64,000 nt of DNA, taken from NCBI GenBank assembly GCA_963738405.1, contig CAVTWJ010000005.1, forward strand, positions 1 through 64,000, given 5' to 3'. The notes under the pieces were generated by a model. It worked only from the letters and a program-made list of their open reading frames with translations. It made no database searches and was not told where the DNA came from. Every line of letters starts with the position of its first letter. Within the stretch, counting starts at the first letter, position 1. A program made the position numbers and the translations under genes. Shown here one piece after another: positions 19,204 to 29,934 of this stretch. Origin of the DNA: a candidate division FCPU426 bacterium. GTDB lineage: Bacteria > Oederibacteriota > Muellerivitia > Muellerivitales > Muellerivitaceae.

Positions 19204-20391
19204 ATGGCCAAAAGCCACCCTCACCAGCAGAGTCTTCTGAAAAAGACCCTCCTCGAAAAGAAAATCTTCCGGCAAGTCGTTCTCATGTACGAGCGCCTCA
19301 TGGAAGCCATGCGCGACGAGAACAGTTTCGACGACATCCTCAAAATCATCATCACCTCCGTTACCCAAGGCCTAGGCTACGACCGCGCGGGCATCTTCCT
19401 CGCCAACTGGGACCGCATGGTGGTGGAACGGGTCATCGGCATTGACCGCTTCGGGAAATTTGAGGGAACGGGTTCCGAATATCCCCTCCTTCCCAACCGC
19501 TCCAAACATGGTTTTTCCAATATCATCAACGGTTTGGATAGGGGCCATTACACCAACAATATCCAAAAAAAGATCAGCAAAGCCGAATGGGAAAACTGCT
19601 GGAAAAAAAAGATCGATCCCGGAGTTTTCTGCAACGCCGTGGTGCCCATGACGGTGGAAAACAATAAAACCATCGGCATCTTGGCCGTGGACAACCTTTT
19701 CACCCAGCGCAAACTCAATAAAACCGACCTCATCACCTTGAAAAATTTCGCAACACAGGCGGGCTTGGCCATTGAGTCCTTCAAGCTCCACGAAAGAATA
19801 CGCGACCTGACCATCAAGGACAGTTTGACGGGCGCTTATAACCGCCGGTACTTCGACAACTACCTTCCCCGTGAGGTTCAGCGCTGCCGCCGCTATAAAA
19901 GGCTCCTCAGCCTTCTCTATGTCGATCTGGATCATTTCAAAAACATCAATGACCAATACGGTCATCCGGCCGGGGACCTTGTTTTAAAGCAAGTGGCCCA
20001 TCTGTTGGCCCAGGGCCTGCGCAACGTCGATATGGTAGTGCGGATGGGCGGGGATGAGTTCGCGGTGATATTGCCCGAAGTCGGCCCGGATGGCGCGAAG
20101 GTGGTGGCCGAACGGCTTTTTAAATCCGTCGTCGATTCCCTGCCGCCGGTGGAAGCCATGCGCAAGCAAAATGAAAAAATCAGCGTCTGCATGGGGGTCG
20201 CGAGCTTTTTTGAGTCGATGGTGGACTATCAAGTCTTGATGAAGCTGGCGGATGAAAGCCTGTATCGGGCGAAGACCACAGGCCGCAATCGCATCGGCAG
20301 CCTGGTGGGCGGCGATTATCTGTCCATTCCGCTGAGCGCCAACCCGCCCAATACCCAGACGGTTTCTTCCCTTTTTCCCAGCGGCGGCTAA
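19204..20391 (+). CDS. GAF-domain diguanylate cyclase
   Basis: DSLTGAYNRR, DLDHFKNINDQYGH, RNVD (RxxD I-site), GGDEF. Confidence 0.95.
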   Translation: MAKSHPHQQSLLKKTLLEKKIFRQVVLMYERLMEAMRDENSFDDILKIIITSVTQGLGYDRAGIFLANWDRMVVERVIGIDRFGKFEGTGSEYPLLPNRSKHGFSNIINGLDRGHYTNNIQKKISKAEWENCWKKKIDPGVFCNAVVPMTVENNKTIGILAVDNLFTQRKLNKTDLITLKNFATQAGLAIESFKLHERIRDLTIKDSLTGAYNRRYFDNYLPREVQRCRRYKRLLSLLYVDLDHFKNINDQYGHPAGDLVLKQVAHLLAQGLRNVDMVVRMGGDEFAVILPEVGPDGAKVVAERLFKSVVDSLPPVEAMRKQNEKISVCMGVASFFESMVDYQVLMKLADESLYRAKTTGRNRIGSLVGGDYLSIPLSANPPNTQTVSSLFPSGG

Positions 20392-20462
20392 TTTAAGTTA
20401 ACCATAAAACCATTTCCCGTCCCGGTTCCATTCTAAGGATATGGATTAAGCTCAACTTCTTA

Positions 20463-21014
20463 TCAACTACCGGGGCCCTCTTCCGCTTTCCAATCCTGTT
20501 CACCGTTTGCCGCGTATTGCGCCAACTGCCGTCTTATTCGGTTGAGCAGCCAGGACAGATCCACCGGATCGCCTTTGGCGACAGGTCTGGAGATCATCTC
20601 CAGGGGCCTGATCTCGATGTCCGAATTTTTTAAAATCAGCGCGGGGCTGCGTCCCTTTTCACCCGTCTCAATCACCCACCTCAGGGACAATTCGGAAGCC
20701 AGCAAGTCCCCATAGGCCACAGCAAGGCTTTGAATTTCATAGGTTTGTTTCGCCCCGAACACGCGGTCATTTAATAGGCGCTGCAGGCCCTTGAGGTCTT
20801 CTTTGGCTCGAAAAAGCTTTTGGATGCCGTATCTTTGCTTGAGTTGATCGGCGATGAAAGCCCTTTGATTTTCCAATTGGGCGGCATCTGTTTTTGACAA
20901 TTCATTTAAGTGTACGGGTAGGGGTTCTTCTTTCTTGGCGCAGCTGTTCCCCCAAAAAATCAATCCAAGCGCAAAAAAAAGGATCCGAATCCATTTCGAT
21001 GCCGGTGGAATCAC
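20463..21014 (-). CDS. DUF3806-like lipoprotein
   Basis: Lipobox-like GNSC; LQRLL...YEIQSLAVAYGDLL...W pattern. Confidence 0.65.
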   Translation of the reverse strand: MIPPASKWIRILFFALGLIFWGNSCAKKEEPLPVHLNELSKTDAAQLENQRAFIADQLKQRYGIQKLFRAKEDLKGLQRLLNDRVFGAKQTYEIQSLAVAYGDLLASELSLRWVIETGEKGRSPALILKNSDIEIRPLEMISRPVAKGDPVDLSWLLNRIRRQLAQYAANGEQDWKAEEGPGS

Positions 21015-21076
21015 TGGCCTTGAAGCCGCTCGGGAAGGAACAGGGTCATTGGGGGGAGAGGCGCAATGGAAACAAT

Positions 21077-24000
21077 TTAAAGTTTAGGTCTTGAGGGAAG
21101 GCCTGTGAGGGGCGGAGTGTGGGAGCCTCCGGCCGACGGAAATTCCTTCAAAAGGTTAAGGAAGTTTTCCTCGGAAAGAGGATGGCTGAAATAATAACCT
21201 TGAACTTGGTCGCAGCCGTGGGTTTTTAAAAAGCTCAACTGCCCTTCCGTCTCGACACCCTCGGCCACCACGCTTAATTTGATGCTGTGGGCCAAAGCAA
21301 TCACCGCGCGCACGATGGCCGCGTCGTTGGGATCGGTGGTGATATCCCGCACGAAAGAACGGTCGATCTTGAGGGTTTCCAGCGGGAAACGCTTGAGGTA
21401 GCTGAGGGAAGAATAGCCCGTTCCAAAATCGTCCAGCGAGAGATGGATGCCCATCTTCTTCATTTCGTTGAGGGCCGAAATGGTGAAATCGGCGTTTTTC
21501 ATGGCGATGCTTTCGGTGATTTCCAGCCCCAGGGAATTGGGATCTAAACCCGTCTCACTGAGAATTTGCGCGATTCGGTTGACCAGATTGCGCTGTTGAA
21601 ATTGCCGCGCCGAGAGGTTGACGGATACGCAGATGCTGGGCAGGCCCTTTTGTTTCCACTGGTTCCCGAGCGTGCAGACCCGCCGCAAAACCCAATCCCC
21701 GATGGGGACGATCAGGCCCGTTTCCTCCGCCAGACCGATAAACTCGGTTGGAAAAACAAGCCCCAAATCGGGATGCTGCCAGCGCACCAGGGCCTCGGCT
21801 CCGATGATCCTGCGGGAAACCAGGTCGATTTGCGGTTGGAGATAGACCACGAACTCTTCTTTTTCCAATGCGCGCCGAAGGCTGTTTTCCATCAGCAATT
21901 GTTTAAAGGCGCTGACGTTCATGATGGAGGCATAAAGCTGGAAATTATTTCTCCCCTGTTCCTTGGCCCGGTACATGGCGGTCTCGGCGTTTTTCAGGAG
22001 GATCTCGGGGTTCTCGCCATCGGCCGGGTAAAAGGCCATGCCGATACTGGTGGTCACATGCAGGTCATGCCCGTCCAGTTTGAAGGGCGCCGCGAGGGTT
22101 TCAATGATGCGCTGGGCGTGCTGGGTGGCTTCCTGTACCTGGTTTATCTGCGGAAGAAGAAGGGTAAACTCATCCCCGCCAAAACGGGCGATGGTCCCGT
22201 TATCGGCCAGTATCCCTAAAAGCCGGTCCGCGACTCCCATGAGAAGCTTGTCCCCAATTTGATGCCCCAGCGTCTCGTTGATGGTCTTGAAACGGTCCAG
22301 GTCCAGCACCATCACGCAGAGGGTTTGTTGGTTGCGGGCGGCCGTTTTCATGGCCTGCTCCAAGCGGTCCTTAAAAAGGGTCCGGTTGGGTAATCCGGTG
22401 AGGACGTCGTAAAAGGCCTGGCGGCGGATGGTTTCTTCCGCTTTTTTCCGGTCCGTCACGTCGCGGGCGATGGACTGGGCCATCTTTTGGCCGTTCCAGG
22501 TAAAGATGTGGGAATTCACCTCGAAAGGAACCTTGTGGCCGTCCTTGGAAAGATGGGCCTTTTCATAGGTGACATGGCCCTGTTCCACGAGCTTCTTGAG
22601 GTGCTTGGGAAGGTCGTTGATGTCCTCGGGCGCGGATAAGTCGTAGGGCGTCATTTGAAGCAATTCCTCGCGGGAGAAACCTGTTTTTTGGATGGCCAGG
22701 TCGTTGACTTCCACGAATTTGCCCACCAACCCCTCTTCCGAAACGCTGAAAATAAAAATAGCGTCATTGGCGTTGTTAAATAGCTCCCGGAATTTCTCTT
22801 CGCTTCCCCGCAACGCCAGCTCGGAGGTTTTCCGCTCCAGAGCGTTGGAAAGCATCTCCCCGGTCATTTTAAATAACGCGATGTCCTCGGCGCTCCAATG
22901 CTTGGGTTTTCGGGTGGTACTCAAGGTCAAGAACCCGATCAAGCGCCCGCCCGAAACGACGGGAATCACCACGACCGAAAACACGCCGCGCGAGAAAACA
23001 AATCTTTTTTCAGCGGTCGCTTGCGCCGGCAATTCTTCCAGATGATCCACATGGATCACTTCCTGGCGGAGAAGCCTTTCGGTAAACCAAGGAAAATCGG
23101 ATAAATAGATATTAGGAGTCCATGCCTCCGCCGCCTTTTCCGGCGATGAAGACCATTCAAAGGAGGGGCTATCCACCAGATCCCCCTTGGTCAAGAACAG
23201 GTAAACCCGGTCCACCCCGATGAAACGGCCGATGGAAGCCAGGCTGTTTTGAATTCCAAGATCGATCTTGTCCATGGATAAATTGATGAAGTGGGAGGAA
23301 AGGGTGGTGATGAGTTTCTCGAATTCCATCCGGTTCTGGAGCGCCTCCTCCATCATTTTCCGGTCGGTCACATCGACCGCGATGCCGGTGACCCCCCTGA
23401 ATTTCCCCTTTTCGTCCAGAAGGGGCGTGTATTGAATCTGAAACCAAAGATCCGCGACCTTATCCGTGGCCGTGAAGCTTTCCCCCTTCAGGGCCCGGCG
23501 CAGGTTTTGGATGAGATCCGGATATTCCCGGTAAAGTTCAAAGGCCGAATGCCCCACGACTTGCCCCGGTTTCAAATTGAGAACCTTCAACCCGCTCCCT
23601 TCCGAGAGGGTGAAGTTGCCGTTTTCATCCAGCGCGAAGAGCACCAAGGGGGCGGCGGTCACGATCGCCTGAAGCCTTTCCCGGCTGGTCTTTAAATCGT
23701 CCTTTGTTTTCTTTTGTTCCGTCAGGTCGGTGACGACTCCCACCCATTGGGTGCTTTCATTTTCCTTGAGTGAAGTAAGGGAAAGCTCCACATTCCTCAA
23801 TTCCCCGTTTTTGCGTTTCAGGTTGGTGGTCCATTGGTTCTGGAGGCGGGTTCGAGATTTTTTCGAATCGTTGGTCTCTTTAATTTTCGATAGATCAATA
23901 TCGGGGAAAAGGGCGGTAAAAAAGGAAAGGGCGGAAAGTTCAACATCGGAAAAACCGGAGAGGTTTAAAAAAGTCTCATTGGCGAAAAGAAGTTTTTGAC

Positions 24001-24091
24001 CCTCAAAAATAAATATGCCTTCGCCCAGCCCCTCCACAGCCTTTAGGAGAGCGGTTTCAAGCATGGGTTTAAGCCGGTTCGGTACGTTCAA
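21077..24091 (-). CDS. PAS/GAF sensor GGDEF-EAL protein
   Basis: Three PAS-like segments, a GAF domain, YDVLTGLPNR, GGDEF, EALVRW, DDFGTGYSS. Confidence 0.96.
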   Translation of the reverse strand: MNVPNRLKPMLETALLKAVEGLGEGIFIFEGQKLLFANETFLNLSGFSDVELSALSFFTALFPDIDLSKIKETNDSKKSRTRLQNQWTTNLKRKNGELRNVELSLTSLKENESTQWVGVVTDLTEQKKTKDDLKTSRERLQAIVTAAPLVLFALDENGNFTLSEGSGLKVLNLKPGQVVGHSAFELYREYPDLIQNLRRALKGESFTATDKVADLWFQIQYTPLLDEKGKFRGVTGIAVDVTDRKMMEEALQNRMEFEKLITTLSSHFINLSMDKIDLGIQNSLASIGRFIGVDRVYLFLTKGDLVDSPSFEWSSSPEKAAEAWTPNIYLSDFPWFTERLLRQEVIHVDHLEELPAQATAEKRFVFSRGVFSVVVIPVVSGGRLIGFLTLSTTRKPKHWSAEDIALFKMTGEMLSNALERKTSELALRGSEEKFRELFNNANDAIFIFSVSEEGLVGKFVEVNDLAIQKTGFSREELLQMTPYDLSAPEDINDLPKHLKKLVEQGHVTYEKAHLSKDGHKVPFEVNSHIFTWNGQKMAQSIARDVTDRKKAEETIRRQAFYDVLTGLPNRTLFKDRLEQAMKTAARNQQTLCVMVLDLDRFKTINETLGHQIGDKLLMGVADRLLGILADNGTIARFGGDEFTLLLPQINQVQEATQHAQRIIETLAAPFKLDGHDLHVTTSIGMAFYPADGENPEILLKNAETAMYRAKEQGRNNFQLYASIMNVSAFKQLLMENSLRRALEKEEFVVYLQPQIDLVSRRIIGAEALVRWQHPDLGLVFPTEFIGLAEETGLIVPIGDWVLRRVCTLGNQWKQKGLPSICVSVNLSARQFQQRNLVNRIAQILSETGLDPNSLGLEITESIAMKNADFTISALNEMKKMGIHLSLDDFGTGYSSLSYLKRFPLETLKIDRSFVRDITTDPNDAAIVRAVIALAHSIKLSVVAEGVETEGQLSFLKTHGCDQVQGYYFSHPLSEENFLNLLKEFPSAGGSHTPPLTGLPSRPKL

Positions 24092-24173
24092 GCAGGAACC
24101 TTTAAAACGAGGGTTTCCCTATTTTAGTTTTTCCAATGGGTGAATTAAAGAAGTTTCACGTAATACTTAACGG

Positions 24174-24749
24174 TCAGTAATGGGGCTGGTTGCCTTTGCG
24201 CCACTTGATGTTGCACCCGATGCCAGGCACTTGATGGGGGTCGACCGGCTTTCCATCCAAAACCGAATCCAGGGCTTTCCGAAGGCTATGGCCATCCACC
24301 GGCTGGCCGTTGCCGGGCCGGCTGTCGTCTAACTGGCCCCGATAGACCAGCTTTTGTTCCCCGTCAAAGAGGTAAAACTCCGGGGTGCAAGCCGCCTTAA
24401 AGGATTTCGCGACTTCCTGAGTTACATCAAAACAAAGGGGAAAACGCAAACCCAGTTCCACGGCCATCTCGCGAAGAGATTCCGGAGAATCTTCCGGGTG
24501 GCTGATTGGATCGTTGGCGCTGATAGCGACGATGCCGACGCCCTTCGGGAGGTAATCCCGCCCCAATTTGGGTAATTCAGCTTGGATATGGACGACATAG
24601 GGACAGTGCCGGCAAAGGATGATGACCAAAAGGGCGGCCTGTTCGACAAAATCACCCGGTGTCACCTTGTCCCCGGAAACAACGTCGTACAATTCGAAGG
24701 GGGGAACCTTCGTTCCCAACGCCAGCATGGTGGATTCGGTTAAGGACAT
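24174..24749 (-). CDS. Thioredoxin family (AhpC/TSA-like) protein
   Basis: CRHCPYV, AACTPEF, YRGQLDDSRP, GCNIKW; start at the ATG after a GAGGGGG RBS. Confidence 0.9.
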   Translation of the reverse strand: MSLTESTMLALGTKVPPFELYDVVSGDKVTPGDFVEQAALLVIILCRHCPYVVHIQAELPKLGRDYLPKGVGIVAISANDPISHPEDSPESLREMAVELGLRFPLCFDVTQEVAKSFKAACTPEFYLFDGEQKLVYRGQLDDSRPGNGQPVDGHSLRKALDSVLDGKPVDPHQVPGIGCNIKWRKGNQPHY

Positions 24750-24768
24750 CTCCCCCTCCTGTTCTTGG

Positions 24769-25059
24769 CTAGTTCTTCTTCTTTTTTGGCTTCCCGGAAC
24801 TCGAAGAAGACCCAGGCTGTTGTGAAACTTCCGTTTGATTCGAAACATCCTCCATCGGCCCGGTTTGTTTGTCGTCTTCGACCTTGATCATCATCCCTTT
24901 GTCTTTTGACTTCCCCTTTCCCTTTTTGTTTTTGGAGGAAGACTTATGTTTCGATTTGGTTGTCCCGTCCTGCTTTTTGCCTTTGCCATAGGAAGCACCA
25001 AAGGGATTAAGAACCAGCAACGAGATTAAAAGAACAGGAAGGAATTTTTTAAAATTCAT
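24769..25059 (-). CDS. Small secreted Lys-rich hypothetical protein
   Basis: Signal peptide followed by low-complexity Lys/Ser sequence; AGGAG RBS. Confidence 0.6.
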   Translation of the reverse strand: MNFKKFLPVLLISLLVLNPFGASYGKGKKQDGTTKSKHKSSSKNKKGKGKSKDKGMMIKVEDDKQTGPMEDVSNQTEVSQQPGSSSSSGKPKKKKN

Positions 25060-25208
25060 TGGGATTCTCCTTTTTCCTTTTCTTCGATACGTTTAAGGGC
25101 CTTGCGCCTTTTATCCGGACTCACCCGGCTGATGGGCTTGATGGCCCAAACCCCTCGAATTCGCTTGAGCGGGTCATTTTTAATTTTATATTTTTTAGCC
25201 TTCATCAT
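25056..25208 (-). CDS. Small basic hypothetical protein
   Basis: Short ORF directly after the rmuC stop, overlapping the next start by 4 bp. Confidence 0.45.
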   Translation of the reverse strand: MMKAKKYKIKNDPLKRIRGVWAIKPISRVSPDKRRKALKRIEEKEKGESQ

Positions 25209-25215
25209 CTTTACC

Positions 25216-26622
25216 TTAGTCGGAAAGAAGCCGTTCTTGGATTTCACGGGGATAGGTCTCCACCGGGTCCATATCGGCTATTTCCTTCACCGTTTCTCCA
25301 ATTCCCAGTTCCTTGAATTCCCGGGCCTTAACCGTCACCCGCTTTTCAAAAGAACCTATACCCTTATTGTAGGAATCCACGGCTTTTTTCAAGCCATTCC
25401 CCATGTCGGCGAAATGTTCGGTCATATCCGCCAATCTTTTATAGAGTTCCCTACCCAGTTCGCTGATTTTCTGGGCGTTGCGGCTCAATTGTTCCTGCCG
25501 CCAGCCGTAGGAAACCGCCTTTAAAAGAGCGATCAAAGTGGTGGGGGTCGCCAAGATGACCTTGTTGACTACCCCCGCCTCGATCAGCGAAGGGTCTTGT
25601 TTCAAGGCCGAACTAAAAAAGTCCTCTCCCGGCAAAAACATCACCACGAATTCGGGGGCCGTCTCAAACTGGTCCCAATAGGCTTTTTTGCCCAATTGAT
25701 TCAAGTGGGTTCGAATTTGACGGGCGTGATCGGCGAGAAGCGTTTCCCTTTCCTCGTCGGTTTTCGCCTCCGCGGCGGATAAATAGGCCATCAAGGGCGC
25801 CTTAGAATCCACCACCACCTGGCGGTCCCCCGGAAGCTTGATCAACATGTCGGGCCGGAGGGATTTGCCCTCCCCGTCTTCCGTGCTTTCCTGCTCCAAA
25901 AAATCGCAGTGATCCAGCATGCCCGCCAGCTCCACCACTTTTTTGAGCTGTATTTCACCCCATCGGCCACGGCCCTGGGGCTGGCGCAAAGCCTTGACCA
26001 GGTTGCCCGTTTCCTCCCGAAGCTTAGCTCCCGTATCTAAAAGATTCCGTACCTGTTCCCTTAGTTCCGAATAGGCCCCTACCCGGGAAGATTCCAGGCT
26101 TTGAATTTTTGCGTCGAATTTGACTAGGGATTCCTTGACCGGCTGGATCATTTGATCGATAGCTTCCTGGCGTTTTTCCAGGTCGCCCTTGGCGGTTTCC
26201 TGAAAGCGCCCCAGGGAAGTTTGCGCCAGCTCCAAAAACGCTTGGTTGTTGCTTTTGAGCGCCTCGCCCGACAGGGCCTGGAAAGCCTCTTCCATTTTTT
26301 CCTTGGCGTGTTCAATGACTTCTAGTTTCTCGTCCAAGCCCTTGCGGGCTTCTATAAAAGAGGCTTCCTGTTCGGCCTTGGCCGTTTTAATCGCCGCCGC
26401 ATCGTTGGCGTAGGTCTGGGCCTTGTGTTCTGATTCCGTCAGGCGCGCCTGCAAATCGGCGATCTGGGTTTCCTTGCCCGCCAAGCGTTCTTTCAGGGTC
26501 GCCAATTGGCTTTCGGTTTCGGCCCCCTTGGCCAAAACAGCCTTTTCCTTTTGGGCTTTCATGATGAGAAAAGTGAATAAAACGCCTGCCAGCAGGCCTC
26601 CCACTACTATTAAGATATCCAT
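25216..26622 (-). CDS. rmuC: DNA recombination protein RmuC
   Basis: RGRWGEIQL, LRPDMLIKLP, VDSKAP, PEFVVMFLPGE, ATPTTLIALL. Confidence 0.96.
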   Translation of the reverse strand: MDILIVVGGLLAGVLFTFLIMKAQKEKAVLAKGAETESQLATLKERLAGKETQIADLQARLTESEHKAQTYANDAAAIKTAKAEQEASFIEARKGLDEKLEVIEHAKEKMEEAFQALSGEALKSNNQAFLELAQTSLGRFQETAKGDLEKRQEAIDQMIQPVKESLVKFDAKIQSLESSRVGAYSELREQVRNLLDTGAKLREETGNLVKALRQPQGRGRWGEIQLKKVVELAGMLDHCDFLEQESTEDGEGKSLRPDMLIKLPGDRQVVVDSKAPLMAYLSAAEAKTDEERETLLADHARQIRTHLNQLGKKAYWDQFETAPEFVVMFLPGEDFFSSALKQDPSLIEAGVVNKVILATPTTLIALLKAVSYGWRQEQLSRNAQKISELGRELYKRLADMTEHFADMGNGLKKAVDSYNKGIGSFEKRVTVKAREFKELGIGETVKEIADMDPVETYPREIQERLLSD

Positions 26623-26663
26623 TCCCCGCCTCCGGTGATCTCAACATTGAACCACAAATTATC

Positions 26664-27077
26664 TCAATCGTTTCTTTTTTGATAATAGTCCATGAACCCG
26701 GCTGGATCTAAGAGGTAGATGCCTTCGTGTTTTTTAGGCGGAAAATGCCTTAAATTTCCCGTTACCAGGCATTCGGCGCCCCCCGAGACCGCTATTTCCA
26801 GGAACATTTCATCGGAAGGGTCTTTCAGTGGATTTCGAAGGGGTTCCGCCACAACGTAGAGCCCCTCTAATTTAACTTGGTCTAACAAAATCTCGATATT
26901 TTCTTTTTTCAAATGAAATTTGGGACGGGAGAGGACTTCCCGGTACTCGGACAATATCCGCGAATCATACAGGGTCTGCACCTTGCCCGAAAGAACGATC
27001 CTTAAGACCTCCGAGGGACGGCCAAAGGGCGACAGGAAACCCGAGACAAAAACATTCGTGTCGATGACCGCTTTCAT
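26664..27077 (-). CDS. PIN-domain toxin (PIN_3-like)
   Basis: VIDTNVFVSG...DPSDEMFLE...LVTGN; overlaps the upstream antitoxin gene. Confidence 0.9.
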   Translation of the reverse strand: MKAVIDTNVFVSGFLSPFGRPSEVLRIVLSGKVQTLYDSRILSEYREVLSRPKFHLKKENIEILLDQVKLEGLYVVAEPLRNPLKDPSDEMFLEIAVSGGAECLVTGNLRHFPPKKHEGIYLLDPAGFMDYYQKRND

Positions 27078-27361
27078 TTCTTGCGGGCCCGGCGAACCTC
27101 CGCTATTTCAGCGTTGATTTCCGCCAGGGTCAGCCGGTCCAACCCGCGGTTCGCCGCTTGGGTCTGCATTTGCTCCAGGGCGTCCAAGGCCCTCGCCCGT
27201 CTCACCGCCGCGAGCGACTTTTCGATGTTGTCTTCAGTAATAGAGGATAAAAGCGCGATGGGCTTTCCGTTGTTGGTGAGCACCAAATCTTTCTCCGATA
27301 GCAGGTTTTTCCAAACTTGTCCCGACTTGGCCCTTAAATCCCTGACCGTCACGAATTTCAT
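27074..27361 (-). CDS. Phd/YefM family antitoxin
   Basis: MKFVTVRDLR...LVLTNNGKPIA; lies upstream of the PIN toxin. Confidence 0.9.
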   Translation of the reverse strand: MKFVTVRDLRAKSGQVWKNLLSEKDLVLTNNGKPIALLSSITEDNIEKSLAAVRRARALDALEQMQTQAANRGLDRLTLAEINAEIAEVRRARKK

Positions 27362-27471
27362 GGCTCACCTCCTGTTGCCAATAGTGTACCTTATCGTATA
27401 CCTATCAGCAACACTCCTGTGTTCGGATTCGCCCCCTTGGGGGTCAAGGGACCAACCCCGGGGCTGGGGTC

Positions 27472-28572
27472 CTAATTAACGTTGAAGACGGCGGACCCCG
27501 TATAGCTCGAGGAGTTGACCGTGATGGTCTGGGGGCCCGTGGTATTGAGGACCGCGGTAAAGGTCCCCTGTCCCGAAGAGTTCGTGAGGACCGAGTTGGA
27601 AGGAATGAAGGTCACCGCCGGATCACTGCTTGTTAACGTGAGGGACAAGACACCCGCCGGGACATTGTTCCCGTAAGCGTCCGTGGCCTGGGCGGTCACC
27701 GTGAAAGCCGTCCCGTGGGTCGGGGTATAATTGGACGCCGTCACGGTGAATTGGGAAAAGGGCCCCGCCGCAACCGTGATCGTGCTCCTCGTGCCGGTGA
27801 TCGAAGTGAATAAGGAATCGGTGGCGGTCACGCTGAAAACACTGTTGGCCAAGGTCGAGGCCGTCACGGTAAAAACACCGACACCGGAGGTCAAGGTCCC
27901 GGGGGAAGGGAGGGCCTCACCACTACCGCTGGACAGGGTGAAATCGACGGTCCCCGTATAGCCCGTGTCCGTCACCCCGCTTGATTCCAACGCGATAACC
28001 GTAAGCGGCATGGTGCTCCCAGCGACCACGGTAGAGGCCGAGGTGACGCTGTAATGGGTCGTAAGGCCCTGGGTCGGCGTGCTGGTCGCGGTAAAGATGG
28101 AGGTCCAGGTCGAACTCGGCGTGAAGGTGGAGGTCTTGGTGGGGCTGATGGTCACGGTTGAAGTGGCGGTGGCGGTCATCGTCTGGGTCGGGGTCTCCGT
28201 CGCGGTGGGGCTGAGGGTGGAAGTCGAGGTTGCGGTCACCGTGGGCGAAGGTGTTGCCGAGGGGGTCGATGTCGCCGAAGCCGTCGGGCTGGCCGTGGGA
28301 GAAGCCGTTGGAGTCGCGGTGAAAGTCGGGGTTCCCGTCGATGTGGGGGTGGAGGGCAGGCTTGTCGCACTCGCCGTGCTGGTAGCGGTAAAAGTGGGTG
28401 TTGCGGTGCCCAAGGTGGTCGGGGTGGGGGTCGCGGAAAGGCCCGGTCTATTGTCCGGCGGCGTGAAAGCGACGGGGTTCTTACCGCCGGGGCAGCCGAC
28501 CAGGAAGGCCGAACCGATCAGCGCAAGAAGTAAAAAGGATGTTTTCCGTGTCAAAAGGGCCCGGGGCGACAT
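27472..28572 (-). CDS. Lipoprotein with Thr/Ser/Pro-rich (TxT) linker and Ig-like domains
   Basis: Lipobox LVGC, ~130 aa of TATPT-type repeats, two beta-rich Ig-like repeats. Confidence 0.8.
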   Translation of the reverse strand: MSPRALLTRKTSFLLLALIGSAFLVGCPGGKNPVAFTPPDNRPGLSATPTPTTLGTATPTFTATSTASATSLPSTPTSTGTPTFTATPTASPTASPTASATSTPSATPSPTVTATSTSTLSPTATETPTQTMTATATSTVTISPTKTSTFTPSSTWTSIFTATSTPTQGLTTHYSVTSASTVVAGSTMPLTVIALESSGVTDTGYTGTVDFTLSSGSGEALPSPGTLTSGVGVFTVTASTLANSVFSVTATDSLFTSITGTRSTITVAAGPFSQFTVTASNYTPTHGTAFTVTAQATDAYGNNVPAGVLSLTLTSSDPAVTFIPSNSVLTNSSGQGTFTAVLNTTGPQTITVNSSSYTGSAVFNVN

Positions 28573-28818
28573 GATCCACCTTACAAGATGGTAAATGAAG
28601 AACGGGGCCAGACCTCAAGTCATCCTTTGGCCTGAATATCCCCGTTTTTTAAAGCCTAAACAGTGTACCAAAAACGAAAAAATGGGTCAGGCATCCATTA
28701 TTTATTTTCCTTGCCTACGATGGGTCCCCGTCCTGCAGCTAAGCAAAAGCGCATGTCGCAGGGCATTAAATCATCCCCTTTAAATAAAAACGTGAACAAA
28801 ACGTTCATAGTTTTGGTT

Positions 28819-29787
28819 CTACTTTTGACTTCTGATTTCGGCGTCAACTCCAGATACTTTTACAACCGCGCGCCAAAGGGCGTCCTGACTTGCGCGGTCA
28901 TGGAGGTGTTTATGGCGCATTGCCACAATGGGACCTGTCATCTTTTTTGGAGCTGAGCAAAAAAATGAACCAGAAACATCGACGCCAAACTTCGAGGCCG
29001 CGAGATATCTTTTGGCCCCTTCATCGACGGAATGTGCCATTCCAGGAATAAGTTTCGCGATCGGCAACATCAGGCGCTTCATTACAAAGCCTAGATTGCG
29101 AGGCGCCTGGGTATCCGGAGCGCTTCCAGGTGAAACCGCGTATACGGCCATGTCCGCAGGGAGCTTTCGAGCAAGGGCCGCGACCCACCACGCGACAAAT
29201 ATTTTGGCATCAGAGTAAGCCGTGGTAGCCTTGTATTTTACATTCGGGGAGCTGCGCAAAATCGCTTCTATGGCTGAAACCCGGTCGCCTTTGTATTCTT
29301 TCGCGGCAAATGCCGCCAAGTCGGTAAATTGAAACATGGGGACATCACCTCGCGCGGGTTCCGCACCGGCAATAACGATACGGGCATCCGGCGTCAGAAG
29401 TCCTGCACTTAAAAGGCGCATGGTCAATTGATGATGACCGATCAGCGGCGCTTGCGAAGCCTCAATGTTCTCGCTTGTCACAACACGTTCTTTGCCTGGC
29501 ATCATGCCGGCATTAAGAAGGAGAAAATCTATGTGTTCGCCTCCCTCTCCCTTAACTAGCTCGGCGACCGCCTTCTTCACGCTTGCAAACGAATCTAGGT
29601 CGAGGGCAAGACCAACGAAATTTTTAGTTCCGGCATCGGTTTTTAACCTGTTAACGGCTTCATCCACTTTGGCCTGGCTACGTCCAGTGACTATCACCTG
29701 ACTCCAACCCTCCATGGCAAGCTGCTTGGCTGCCGAGTATCCTAAGCCCGACGTAGCGCCGGTAACGAGTGCAACAGCCTTTTTCAT
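28819..29787 (-). CDS. SDR family oxidoreductase
   Basis: TGATSGLG Rossmann motif, LLNAG, YSDAK (YxxxK). Confidence 0.9.
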   Translation of the reverse strand: MKKAVALVTGATSGLGYSAAKQLAMEGWSQVIVTGRSQAKVDEAVNRLKTDAGTKNFVGLALDLDSFASVKKAVAELVKGEGGEHIDFLLLNAGMMPGKERVVTSENIEASQAPLIGHHQLTMRLLSAGLLTPDARIVIAGAEPARGDVPMFQFTDLAAFAAKEYKGDRVSAIEAILRSSPNVKYKATTAYSDAKIFVAWWVAALARKLPADMAVYAVSPGSAPDTQAPRNLGFVMKRLMLPIAKLIPGMAHSVDEGAKRYLAASKFGVDVSGSFFCSAPKKMTGPIVAMRHKHLHDRASQDALWRAVVKVSGVDAEIRSQK

Positions 29788-29834
29788 AGTTTGTCTCCTA
29801 AGTCTAAAATGGTAGAAATTTCACAGCCCTATTA

Positions 29835-29852
29835 CTGTAGTGCACGCTACAG
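29835..29852. promoter_or_regulatory. Putative TetR operator
   Basis: Inverted repeat CTGTAG-TGCACG-CTACAG between divergent SDR and TetR genes; weaker copy at ~29878-29895. Confidence 0.6.
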
Positions 29853-29934
29853 ATTTATCAATCCACTGTCAACGATATTGTTGTGGTTGCTACAAATAAA
29901 TTGTTTAATGGGTTTCGTCTGGGTAAAATGAGGT